A stretch of 25,769 nt of DNA, taken from assembly GCF_004010195.1 (NCBI RefSeq), contig NC_057752.1:11846298-11872066 (forward strand), given 5' to 3'. Source of the DNA: Chiloscyllium plagiosum. Its lineage: Eukaryota. Made by a program: the position numbers and the translations under genes. Shown here piece by piece: positions 11,580-21,899 of the stretch; positions within the stretch are counted from its first letter, which is position 1, and the number at the start of each line of letters is the position of its first letter. The notes below the pieces were generated by a model that was not told the DNA's origin, ran no database searches, and was given only the letters and a program-made list of their open reading frames with translations.

Positions 11580-12290
11580 CTGTCAAAAAAGAAAAATGTT
11601 AAACTAAGTGTTTTTTTTTAAAAAAGTAGTAAATGCATTTTGAATCAAATATTTGATGAAAGGTGTCATCCCAAGAAATGCAAGGAATTTGGACAGTTTT
11701 AAACAGGCCCCATTTCTTTGTTTTTTGAGAATCTTAATTTCACATTTAAGTGAAGGAGAACTGGAGAGAGAGAGGAAGGTTCGTACGTGTCCTACTACAA
11801 TGTTTGTTTAAACTTGGGTAATAACATTCCAGTTGTGCTCCTCAACCAACAAATTCTCAGTATCTCAGTGATCAACATGAGGCAGTGATAGAAACCAGCA
11901 ACTTCATTCCTTACATCTACCACAGAATGATAGCAACGATACAATTTGCCTACTGCCCACTGGTGCGCGTTCTGGGTGGATGAGCAAAGAATGACCAAAA
12001 TTACCTCCCGTAATTAAAATGAAATGTCAGGGACTGCTTGGTTTTCCCCTCAGTTTTCTGTCTAATTTTCATATAATTATAGTCCAAACCCTTTGCTACT
12101 CAGCATCACCTGGACGGCTCAGCACCAACTCAATTTCTGTATAAATGCAAAGTCTACGTGTAGCAGATGCATAAGCATACCCATATTGCACAACTACTTT
12201 TCACAGGTAACACAAGCAACATTAGTTTTGATAACTATGGTTTGTGCTAAGTAAATATTTAGTACAGAGGTTTGACATTCAGACACTTAC

Positions 12291-12368
12291 CTTCATAGTT
12301 GATGCAGCCATTAGCATCCTCATGGCCAGCCAACAGAGTCTCCACTTCTTCCTCAGTCATTTTCTCAC
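12291..12368 (-). CDS. myl6: myl6 exon 5 (78 nt), [26 protein letters not shown]
   Basis: tag|GTGAGAAA...TATGAAG|gtaagt; EF-hand IV of the essential light chain. Confidence 0.97.
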
Positions 12369-13109
12369 CTAAACAACATAGCTCATTAAAAGACACAGAC
12401 AACATTGACTGACCTAAAAACAATAAGAAACTAGAAAACACCCAGCAATGAAGAATGTCTGGCAAGCATGCACTTGATCATATCACAGGCAGCATGAAAT
12501 CACACATCATCCATCAAGCACAAAGACTGGACAAAGCAGAGTAGTTTACACATTAACATGACAGAAAAACTGCAGAGAGACACACAGACATCATATGCTA
12601 AAGCTTAAGGAATGTTAAGGGCTGACCAAAAGATTTGGTCAAGAGATGGCATTTCAAAACAACAGTCACAACACAAGGAATTCCAGAGTGTGGGACTTTC
12701 GATTCCTTAAGGGATGTCTAGTAATGGTGCAGCGGTGACAACACAGACAAAAGGTTTTACAGCAGACAGAAAACATGTTCATTTTTGCTAATGGAACAAA
12801 ACCAGGGGAGAATGCAAACTGAGGACATGCAGCAACATGTCCCTGGAAGTGATGAGAAAGTAAATTAATTGGGCATGATTACCAGAGGGAAAAACCAACA
12901 CCCTTTTCACCACCTCCATTAGTTGCTGGGTAAGATAATCCATGGACAACTTTCTCCACTTGCCAGCAATTAATGACCAACATAGCAGGCAGGAAAAGTG
13001 GCTTCCCCCATAGTGTACATTGACCAGTGGACTTTAGAATCCAGAAGCTGCCAGCAGCTATGCAAGTGAGTGACAAGGTCTGTTTTTTTTGTTTAAAAAT
13101 TGAACCTAT

Positions 13110-13222
13110 TTTATCTAATCAAAACTGTTCAGAGATATGTAGTAACATCTCTGAAGTAGGTGGGACCTGAACCCAGGACCCTTAGCCCACGGATAGGGAC
13201 ACTACCACTGCACCACAAGAGG
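13110..13222 (-). mobile_element. tRNA-derived SINE head
   Basis: Minus strand has A-box-like TGGTGCAGTGG and B-box-like GGTTCAGGTCCC at tRNA spacing. Confidence 0.6.
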
Positions 13223-13574
13223 GCATACAAGACCCGTGATTGAGCAAGTTTGAGATACATGCCCTCGGGTCAGCTCCAAACAATTGGATTGACAGGCCAT
13301 TTAGTGCAACAGCTTGCAGGTGGCAGCTATGTTAGTCATCACGTTCACGTTCACCTCCACAGGCAAATAGAAAGAGACAAGTTCAGTAGGGGTACAATAA
13401 ATGGAATATTACATGGGCAACATTTAGTCACTTTGGCACCAAAAGTATTTTTCTTAAAAACCACAGTATTGCACCATTTAATATAATTATGCAAGTGAAT
13501 TCTTCTGTTACATTGGGAGGTGGTACAGTGAAGGCTCAAAAGACTGGTCTCTGAATGAGGGTTGCCCTGGGAGC

Positions 13575-13737
13575 CTGAGTAAATTGACCCAAATTTTCTG
13601 ATGTTAAGAATGAGGGGATTTTAATTGAAACATACAAAATTCTGAAGTGGCTTGAATGGATAGATACGGAGGTCATTTGCCTGAGATAGAGGACACAGTC
13701 AAGACAAAAAAGGGCTGATTATTTAGGACAGATGAGC
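13575..13737 (+). mobile_element. CR1 LINE fragment
   Basis: agaatgaggggattttaattgaaacatacaaaattctg (degenerate RMRGDLIETYKIL motif). Confidence 0.65.
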
Positions 13738-14124
13738 GAGGGGGAAAAAAAAAGAAAGAAAGCTCCTATTTAGATTCTTAATAGTAACTTGAAAAAAAGC
13801 AACCACTTCCAGTCAGAAATACTCCTTTCTCCCCACTTGTTGTAAAGTGAGCACAAGGGCCAATTCAAATTAAATTATGGGATGTTTTCTGCTGCAAGCA
13901 GGGACTCTTATAGCTGGCACAAAGATGTTCAAACTGAAAAGTATTTAGGTTCAAAACTTAACTAAAACTAGCCTGATCCTTCAACACTACAGTCAGTGTT
14001 GAAGAATGAAGCAGAAACCACTGATTTGTTTAACAGATTAAACATGTTCAAAGAAGAGCTTTGTAACTTTCTATAGAGTTTGACATGGTTAACATTCTAG
14101 TGACCACAATAGATGAAACATTAC

Positions 14125-14298
14125 CAAGAGTAACCAATACATGACGTAGCTCAGCACCCATGACTGTGCCATTGCCTTCTTTATCAAAAACACGCAGACC
14201 CTCAACAAAGTCTTCAAATGTTCCTGGTTCCTTGTTTCTTGCAATGTCCTGAAGCTTAGGAAGGAACTGCTCAAAATCCAGCGTTTTTATATTCATGT
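14125..14298 (-). CDS. myl6: myl6 exon 4 (174 nt), [12 protein letters not shown]...[22 protein letters not shown]
   Basis: cag|ACATGAAT...ACTCTTG|gtaatg; contains the hallmark [19 protein letters not shown]. Confidence 0.97.
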
Positions 14299-14540
14299 CT
14301 GAAAATGAAAAGAAGTTTACTGCTATTTGTTCTCCATTACCTTCGTTTACAGACATGCAAGCTGTCAAGTTGTTGCTTGGTAACCAAGTAAGAGGGGTGC
14401 TGGAACCCCAACAAAACGGAGCACAAAAATGTCTATCCAATTACATCAGCAGAACACAAACTTTAGAACAAAACCAACAAAAATGAAAAACTTATTCAAC
14501 ATGGATAAAGCAATTTTCTTTCCATTTAGTTTCAATAACA

Positions 14541-14752
14541 ATCATGGAATCCCTACAGTGTGGAAACAGGCCCTTTGGCCCAACAAGTCCACACTGACCT
14601 TCCAAAAAAAAGTAACCCACACAGACCAGTTGCCCCATTATCCTACATTTACCCCTGACTAATGTACCTGACTTGTACATCCTTGAACATGGGTAATTTA
14701 GCATGGCTAAATTCACCTAATCTACACATCTTTGGATTGTGGGAGTAAACCC
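14541..14752 (-). mobile_element. HE1-type (V-SINE) fragment
   Basis: Reverse-complement homology to the 3' part of the SINE at 24667-24991 (acctaatctacacatctttgga...; aggccctttggcccaac). Confidence 0.8.
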
Positions 14753-15110
14753 ACACCAGCAGCATTTCCCTGTTGAAATGCAGATGGAATCCGCTTCCAG
14801 AACTTTATCATATAGCATTTTCCAGATCATAACTCATTACACCCAAAAAGATTTCTCCTCACAGCTGAGTTGTATTTTAAAAATTCCTATGATTACCAAC
14901 CCTCACACCAATGGGAACAGTATATGGCATATAAAGTCATCAAAATATCAATTTTGCAAATTATTGAATCTCTTCACCTTCTGTTCCAAGGGGATCATGA
15001 CTAGTTTCAGTATATGACAGAATTCCTTGTCCCATGCACATCATCTCAGAATCCTCTCCCATGGCTTCTTCCCCAACCCTTCCTCAATTACAGCACCTTT
15101 TGGTCCTTAC

Positions 15111-15254
15111 CTTCAGGCTTTGGGTTCCCAAGGACTTTTAAGACTTCAGCATTACATGGATTCTGGCCAAGAGCACGCAAGAGATCACCAAACTGGCTGT
15201 AGCCAATTTTACCTTCACCAACACGGTCATAGAGGCAGAATGCCTCTTTGAATT
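15111..15254 (-). CDS. myl6: myl6 exon 3 (144 nt), [48 protein letters not shown]
   Basis: cag|AATTCAAAGAG...CCTGAAG|gtaagg; EFKEAF and RALGQNP motifs. Confidence 0.97.
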
Positions 15255-16840
15255 CTGCAAAGAAAATAGTTACTCAAAGAATGTGCAGGTTTAAAGGACA
15301 AACTGATTTCCTAGAATTAAAGATCAAGGAGACAGAAGATTAAATGCACATGATTTAGAACAGAAGAAACAAAGTACAAAACTATCCTGAATACAAAATA
15401 TTCAGGGAAGGAAGGAGAGTGGTGGTAGTAACAACAATTACTGTGGAGGGACAAAAATCGGTAGAGTTAACAGCATAATCTATTTGTTTATAATTAAGCA
15501 ACAATTGAGACATCACCACAATACTGGCTATGTAACTGATTGGCCAATTAAATGAGGACATTTACAGATTTACAAGGTATTCTCAAACTTTGAGATCAAG
15601 TTATAACCTTCCCTACAAAACAATATCTAAGACAGCAGTTAGGTGTGGTCAGCACAGACGAGGTCACTTAGCTTTGCAGGCTGCCACAGTAAAATGCAGG
15701 AGGGAGAAACAGTCAAGTCCAGGAGACTGGCCCTATTTTGGCAGGGGGCAGAAGGAAGAATTGTCAGAACAAACTTAGCTGCTGGTGAAGGAAACTCTAA
15801 ACTGAGGCAAGGCACCTGGAGACACACAGTCACTACACAGCAAACAAACAAACAGGGATACAGAAACCCATATGAAGCTGGGAGAGACTGTGGACTGTCC
15901 ACTGGAAGGATAGCAATTCAATGGAGAGCATGAGATAAATATAAACAGAATATTCATCTCTGCAGTTTAAAAGTAAGTTGCATACAAAAGTAAAAAGCGC
16001 TTGGAAAAAAAAATGACTTGAGGCACCATTAACTGCAGCAAGAGTTTAGAAACTTTTTTCAGCTCAACTGAAAGTTTTCAGTCTCAAGGGAATCATAACA
16101 TTTATTTGTGCACCCAGTTTGAACTTTTCCCGTCAACACAAAGCTTGCAACTATTGTACACTATGGAGAGCATTCAACTCAAAAAAAGAGGGGGCTCGGT
16201 GGTGGTAGTGTCCGTACCTCGAGGTGTAAGTAAGATTGGTGAAATCAAACTGAATCAAGGCTTCCAAAAGGAAATGGGAAGAAGAACAATCGTAGGCCTG
16301 TGGGACTGAGATGGCTGTGTTGTGTCATTGTAGGAATGGTTCATGCCGTTAATGCTACGTAATTACTTAGAGTTTCAGGTTCTGCTTCTCTCAGGCAATT
16401 AATTATAAAACGGCGGAAGAATGGATGAGGGAACAACGGAACTTAATGAGAGGCGATCAAAGCCTAGACGTCGTGTTCTCTGCTTACAAACGGTGGGACC
16501 CCCTGTCTCGTTAGACGCATTTGAAAGGAATGAGGGCTGGGCCCAGGCTGCCGGAGAGAGCGAGAGAGAAGATCTTTGTCCTTATTTGGACAGAGTTTGT
16601 ACTAACCAGTCGAAGGCGGCGGGGGAAGAGGAGAGAAAAGGCGCGGTTTCCGGCTTAAGCTAGGAAAGTAAGGCTGGGATGGGGAAACAATCAGCAAGAG
16701 ATCGAGGCTCACTTGGGCCTCCAGTGACTTAGACAGAGCTTTCACCCCGTTGCGGGAACTTTAAGCAAACTACCGCCGAGGTGGGTTCAGGCTGAAATCC
16801 CTATTCCGTGGCCAGTTGAAAACTGAAGACGGAAACTTAC

Positions 16841-16868
16841 CGGTGATCTGATCTTCGGCGAAATCACA
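16841..16868 (-). CDS. myl6: myl6 exon 2 (28 nt), CDFAEDQIT
   Basis: tttccctgtgcag|TGTGATTTCGCCGAAGATCAGATCACCG|gtaagt. Confidence 0.95.
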
Positions 16869-16973
16869 CTGCACAGGGAAAAAAAAAATAACAAAATGCA
16901 ATATTAATACAAGGAAAAAAACAGAACCACATCGTAGCATCCGCTTACTCACTCAACGCCTAACTTCACTCAC

Positions 16974-16976
16974 CAT
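16974..16976 (-). CDS. myl6: myl6 exon 1 coding part (ATG only)
   Basis: caagATG|gtgagt with A at -3, followed by a 105-nt intron 1. An ATG-only first coding exon is the MYL6 layout. Confidence 0.9.
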
Positions 16977-17029
16977 CTTGTTCTTACTACCGCTCCTTCT
17001 TACTGTTTCTCTTTGTGATATTCACACCG

Positions 17030-17160
17030 GATATTGACAGCCCCTCTCCTCCTCCAATCAGAGATCGCTCTTGCTAGTTTCGACACGCTGACCAATGGAC
17101 CGGCAGTACCTATGGAATGACTGGCATCCTCTCAGCCCGTCTCCGCCAAAGCACAAACCG
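17030..17160 (-). promoter_or_regulatory. myl6: myl6 proximal promoter, two CCAAT boxes in a CpG-enriched region
   Basis: CCAAT at 17054-17058 and 17092-17096 (38 bp apart). CpG enrichment spans ~16400-17170. No obvious TATA box. Confidence 0.6.
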
Positions 17161-17187
17161 GCCAAGTCCACTTTGAAAAATGAACCC

Positions 17188-17660
17188 ACTGGAAATGTTC
17201 AGGTCTGACAGCACGAGAGAAAAAAGAGGCAAGGTTTCAGGTTGATGGCCTTTTGTCAGAACTATGATACCAGAGATGAACAGCCTCTAAATAAGTTATG
17301 AGTTAGGGAAAAGGAAAAGATGAAAAGACAACAGAGATCCGCCAGAGGGTGAAAGATAAAAGAGATTGTGATACAAGCTCAAAAATCAGAAGCTAAAGTA
17401 GACCACTCAGCCCCTCGAGCCTGTTCTGTCAGTCAAAAACATTGTAACCTCAAATCCACTTCCCTGTCCACAGTCTCCCACCTGACAACCACTACCATCA
17501 CATTTGATTCAGAGACAAGGCAAATGGAGCTCATAACTGAAGATAATAATAAAACAGAAATTGTATACTGGCCATGTGGGGTCAAAACAGAATAACAAAA
17601 GCAGAACGTGCAATTTTCTGAGCTTGTTTTGGATTTCCAGCATCCGCAGTATTTTTGCTT
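17188..17660. mobile_element. Degenerate Penelope-like fragments
   Basis: Minus-strand CTGACAAAAGGCCATCAACCTGAAAC (17259-17234) is a decayed hammerhead-like core. The tail gatttccagcatccgcagtatttttgc is at ~17632-17658. Confidence 0.45.
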
Positions 17661-18142
17661 TCACCAAAAAGCAAGCCTGCAGAGAACACTCCCATAGCCT
17701 GGGAACATAACCAGGAAAGGCAAGTAGATCTCAAAGACACATATTCCCATAATACCCGAAGAAATACTAATGGAGTAGGTGATTTGGTCTCTCAAGCTCA
17801 CTTCTCCATTCAATAGGATCACGGCTGTTCCAACATTCCTAATGTCCACTTTCCTGGCCTTTCCCCATAACACTTGATTCCCCAAGTAATCAAGAATCTA
17901 TCTAATAGCCTTCAATACACAAAAGGTGCCCCCAATGCTCTCTGTGGCAAGGAGTTCCAAAAGCTCACAACTCTCAGAGAAGAAATTCCTCCTCATCTCA
18001 GTCTTAAGTAGGTGCCTCTTTATTCTAAGACTATATCCTCTTGTAGGAGAAAGTGAGGGCTGCAGATGCTGGAGATTAGAGCTCAAAATGTGTTGCTGGA
18101 AAAGCGCAGCAGATCAGGCAGCATCCAAGGAACAGGAGAATC

Positions 18143-18170
18143 GATGTTTCGGGCATAAGCCCTTCTTCAG
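18143..18170 (-). ncRNA. Minimal hammerhead-ribozyme-like core (left arm copy)
   Basis: CUGAAGA-A-GGGC-UUAU-GCCC-GAAA-CAUC on the minus strand. Confidence 0.55.
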
Positions 18171-18348
18171 GAATGAGGAAAGTGTGTCCAGCAGGCTAAG
18201 ATAAAAGGTAGGGAGGAGGCACTTGGGGGAGGAGCTTTGGAAATGTGATAGGTGGAGGGAGGTCCACCTATCGCATTTCCAAAGCCCCTCCCCCAAGTCC
18301 CTCCTCCCTACCTTTTATCTTAGCCTGCTGGACACACTTTCCTCATTT

Positions 18349-18376
18349 CTGAAGAAGGGCTTACGCCCGAAACGTT
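18349..18376 (+). ncRNA. Minimal hammerhead-ribozyme-like core (right arm copy)
   Basis: CUGAAGA-A-GGGC-UUAC-GCCC-GAAA-CGUU: CUGANGA box, 4-bp stem II, GAAA, palindromic ACGU. Confidence 0.6.
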
Positions 18377-18530
18377 GATTCTCCTGTTCCTTGGATGCTG
18401 CCTGACCTGCTGCGCTTTTCCAGCAACACATTTTCAGCTCTATATCCTCTTGTAGCAGACTCTCCCACAAGGGGAAACATCCTATCAGCCTTTCCCCTGT
18501 CAAGTCCCCTTAAGAACACTATATATTTCA

Positions 18531-18970
18531 GAGCAGGATGTTGCCAGTTATGGAAGGCTTGAGTTATAAACAAAAAGGCTGGACAGGCCGGAACTTTTAT
18601 CACTGGAGCGTAAGAGGTTGAGAGGCAACCTTATAGGAGTTTATAAAATAATGTGGGGTATCGATATAGTTAATGATAGTTGTCTTTTCCTTGGGATGAG
18701 GGATTTCAAGACAAGAGGGCACATTTTTTAGGTCAGAGGAGAGAGATTTTAAAAATCCATGAGGGACAAAGTTTTTACAGAGGGTTGTTCATGTGGAATG
18801 AACTTCCTGAGGAAGTAGTGGATGTGGGTACAATTACAACATTTAAAAGGAATTTGAATAAGTACATGAATAGGAAATGAATAGGACCAGGAACATGCAT
18901 GTGGGTCTAGTTTAGTTTGGGATTATGTTTGGCATGGACTGATTGGACCGAAGGATCTGTTTCTGTGCTG
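18531..18970 (+). mobile_element. 5'-truncated CR1 LINE nested in the opposite-strand CR1
   Basis: MWNELPEEVVDVGTITTFKRNLNKYMNRK C-terminus and 3' tail ttggaccgaaggatctgtttctgtgctg. Confidence 0.82.
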
Positions 18971-20149
18971 TTTCTATGACATCACCTCTCATTCTTCTAA
19001 ACTCCAGTGAGTAGAGTCCCAACCTTTTTAACCTTTGGTCATAAGATAATCCCTTCATATTGGGGAACCTTCTCTGAACTGCTCCAATGAAATAATATCT
19101 GTCCTTAAAGAAGGGGACCAAAAGTGCTCACAGTACTCCAGACTCTATGACTCTATGTGGTGTCACTAGCACATCACACAGTTGAAGTAAGACTTCTCTA
19201 CTTTTATACTCCACCCTCCTTGAAATAAGAGGAAATATTCCATTAGCTTTCCTGATTACCTGCTGCACCTTCCTGTGTGCTAGCTTTCTGTGCTTTGTGC
19301 TAAGTAGCCCCTAGTCCCTTTGTGTTGCAGCTTTCGGAAGTTTTTTTTCCCCATTTACCTGTAAATAATACTGTTCTTTTGTTCTCCCTAACAAAATGAA
19401 CAACTTCATATTTTCCCACATTATACTCCATTGCCAACTTTTGGCCACTTACTTAACCTATCAATATCTCTCTGCAAACTCTTTGTATTCCTCTCGCAAC
19501 TTACCTTTTCACCTATTTCAGTATCATCTACAAAGTTGGCTAGAGTAGATTGGCTTCCTTACTCCAAATCATTGATGTATAAACAGTTGCAGTCCCAGCA
19601 CTGATTCCGGTCGCACCCCACTGGTCACAGGTCACCAACCTGAAAAAGAGCCCCAGTCCCCACTCGCTGTTTCCTGCCCACGAGCCAATATACTACCTGC
19701 AATACCATGGGCTCTTATGAATTAACATTTTGTGAGGTACCTTGTTGAACACCTGGAAGTCCAAATACAAAACATCTATCCCATCTATCCACTCTGGTTG
19801 AGACTTTCTCAAAAATTCTCATAGTCAGGCATGATTTCCCTTTCATGAAGCTGAACTGACTGGACTCAATTAGATTATGATTTTCTAAATGTTCTGCTAT
19901 TACATCCTAAATAATTGATTCCAACATTTTCTTAACAATACATGTTAGCCCTTACCACCCATGTACCAATGGGGCATTCCTACCTATGTAGCTAATAGTA
20001 GAGGGAAGGATGTACTTGGTGGTGATACCAGCCTTAAGGTGGCACAATAGGTTCATATGCTACAAGGCATACAGGGATTATGGAATTGGATTCTGGTGTC
20101 CTGGTACATCAATCTCAAGAAAATAGCATGAAGATACTGTACATCAAAT

Positions 20150-20500
20150 TATTAGGATAGCAAATAGAATTTGAGTGTTTATTCAAAAAGAATCGAATAT
20201 AGAAGTAAGGAAATTTTATGGTAGCTGTGCAAGAACCACTTCTAGAGTACTGTGGGTGTGGTCTCCTTATTTAAAAATAGATATAACTGCATTAGAATCA
20301 CTTCAGGGAACGTTCACTCGACTTATTCTGGAGATGAGAGTGTGAAGAAAGGTTAACCAGATTGGGTCTTAGTCCATTAGAGTTTAGAAGAATGAAAGAT
20401 GATCTTATTGAAACATGTAAGATGCTGAAGGAACTTGACAAGGTGCATACCAGGAGGGGTTCTTTCTTTTGTAGAGGAGTCAAGAAGCAAGGGACATCGG
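20150..20500 (+). mobile_element. CR1 LINE fragment
   Basis: ttagagtttagaagaatgaaagatgatcttattgaaacatgtaagatgctg (LEFRRMKDDLIETCKML). Confidence 0.75.
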
Positions 20501-20504
20501 ATAA

Positions 20505-20738
20505 GGCCGTGATTTGAAAACTGGTCATGCTTGACCCGCGCGGGAAAAGGCCAGTCAGTGGGCGTGGTCTCTAGGTGGACTTTTCTGAGATCGACCTTTC
20601 CGCGCGCGCTGCCCTCAGTCACGTGCTGAGGTTCCAGACAGTACGAGTTGAGCAGAGGATTGGTATTGGCCTCGGCCTCGGCTTCGGCCTCTCTCTCTCT
20701 CTCGGGCTTGAGAGTAGGAACGGCGCCCGGAGGCTGAT
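20505..20738 (+). promoter_or_regulatory. CpG-rich promoter/5'UTR of a divergent plus-strand gene
   Basis: E2F consensus GCGGGAAA 20540-20547, GC box GGGCGTGG 20560-20567, E-box GTCACGTG 20618-20625, ATTGG at 20659 and 20665, TTTGAA 20513-20518. CpG density is high at ~20500-20940. Confidence 0.7.
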
Positions 20739-20745
20739 ATGGCGG
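20739..20745 (+). CDS. Probable first coding exon (ATG GCG G, phase 1) of an unidentified gene
   Basis: gatATGGCGG|GTGAGT: G at -3 and +4, consensus donor, inside the CpG island. No downstream exon was identified in the window. Confidence 0.6.
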
Positions 20746-21899
20746 GTGAGTGTACACTGCGAGCCGGCTGGGAAAAAAAAAGTGCGGCTAGTGTTTTGCG
20801 GTCGCTGTTCATCTTGTGATGGCGGCAGTTGATCTTGGTGGTCCTTTCGTTCGAGACGTTGTCAATATGTCAACTGGCCCAGGCGGGGGATGGGGACCCT
20901 TTTCCTGTTCTTCTATGGCGACGTGTACTTGAATCGTAAACTGTTTAAAGTTCGTTTCTTTTCCCTTCTGGAATTAAGACTTCAATTTCCGGAGCAAGTT
21001 TCTCTCCCCACCCCAAATGTCTTACCGGGTTCTCAAACCACTGCAGTAGTTTTGAAGTATCCGCCAGCCAGTTCGCTGCAGGTTCGACTGTGTAATGATC
21101 GATAACTTCCAAGTAGATTTGTTTGGAGAAGGGGAAATATTGGTGAGAACTACCCCGTCTCTCAGAAAATGCTTAAATTTGATGGGGGCAAGTGACTCCC
21201 GTATGTTCCTTCGGAGTGCCATGGTATTGAGTACATGAGAAATTATAGGCAGGGAAAGCGCAACTTTGCCCTTAAAGCTGGCCCTTTCCTGTGATGACTG
21301 TACACATTACTTACTTTCTTCCGTCCGTTCCCCCCCCCCCCAAAAAAAATAAAAAGCGAGAAGATTTATTCAGGAACTGGCACGCTGGTTGAACTGTATC
21401 TGCCACAGTGGCATTTGAAAACCTGAACGGTATTACTTGAGCTCGTCACCTTCCAACTCTGAGCAAGAATAATGGCAAGTTCTCCAGGTAATAAAGTAAC
21501 TCACTACGTTGTCAGCGTGAGAGCTGTGAATTTACATTTGAAGAGCACATGTCCAGAATATAAAAGGCTCCTCAACCATTGAGCTTGTTCAATTTGGTCA
21601 AAATTTCTCAAGCTTGACATTTGACTTGCTGTGTCTGTCACCTATTAGCTGTGAGTTCGTGCCATAGGTTAGATGCACATGTGTGTATGTCAATAGGAGA
21701 AGCCTTAAATATTCCAACATCACATGCAGGACAGCAGTACGAGCTATATTGTTATGAGGCAATCTTTAACTTACAGGATCCATAAATTATTCTCATGGCA
21801 GCAGAGCCATTCTAATTGGGAAAGAAAATAATCTGTTTGGGTAATTTCCCCTTGTGTACACAATCAGTGATTTTAGAAAATAGAATTTTGAAGATGTTT

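Larger units (their letters stand above)
9750..17030 (-). other. myl6: Myosin light chain 6 gene (essential/alkali light chain), 7 exons; ends approximate
   Basis: Spliced CDS is 456 nt = 151 aa: [142 protein letters not shown]+AFVRHIMSG or ELVRMVMNG. All introns are GT-AG with consistent phases. Confidence 0.95.
18047..18439. mobile_element. Penelope-like-derived palindromic (fold-back) insertion with 16-bp TSD
   Basis: Inverted arms 18077-18256 and 18263-18442 (180 bp each, 9 mismatches, no indels) around the loop GGGAGG. Direct repeat CTATATCCTCTTGTAG at 18031-18046 and 18440-18455. Confidence 0.85.
17765..19948 (-). mobile_element. CR1 LINE fragment (RT to 3' end), interrupted by two younger insertions
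   Basis: ORFs KTEMRRNFFS (17898-18086) and VQRRF..MKGLSYDQRLKRLGLYSLEFRRMRGDVIET (18912-19121). The host sequence resumes after the inserts at 18047-18439 and ~18531-18970. Confidence 0.85.

Noticed and set aside
13110..13222. tRNA gene (also considered at 24667)
   Set aside because: A/B boxes are present but there is no complete cloverleaf; these are SINE heads.
15590..15957. GC-richer block with overlapping ORFs in myl6 intron 2, considered as an alternative exon
   Set aside because: No EF-hand similarity or matching splice phases; probably a decayed repeat I cannot name.
16943..16952. Extra donor-like sites (GTGAGT, GTAAGC) in myl6 intron 1
   Set aside because: Use would include an in-frame TGA after MVSEVRR, and there is no evidence of use.
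17926..18503. Two near-identical ORFs (ELKMCCWKSAA...SSRLR) on opposite strands
   Set aside because: By-product of the palindromic insertion, not a duplicated gene.
20377..20757. 126-aa minus-strand ORF with EREREAEAEA
   Set aside because: Low complexity from the TC and GGCCTC repeats, and it runs into antisense CR1.
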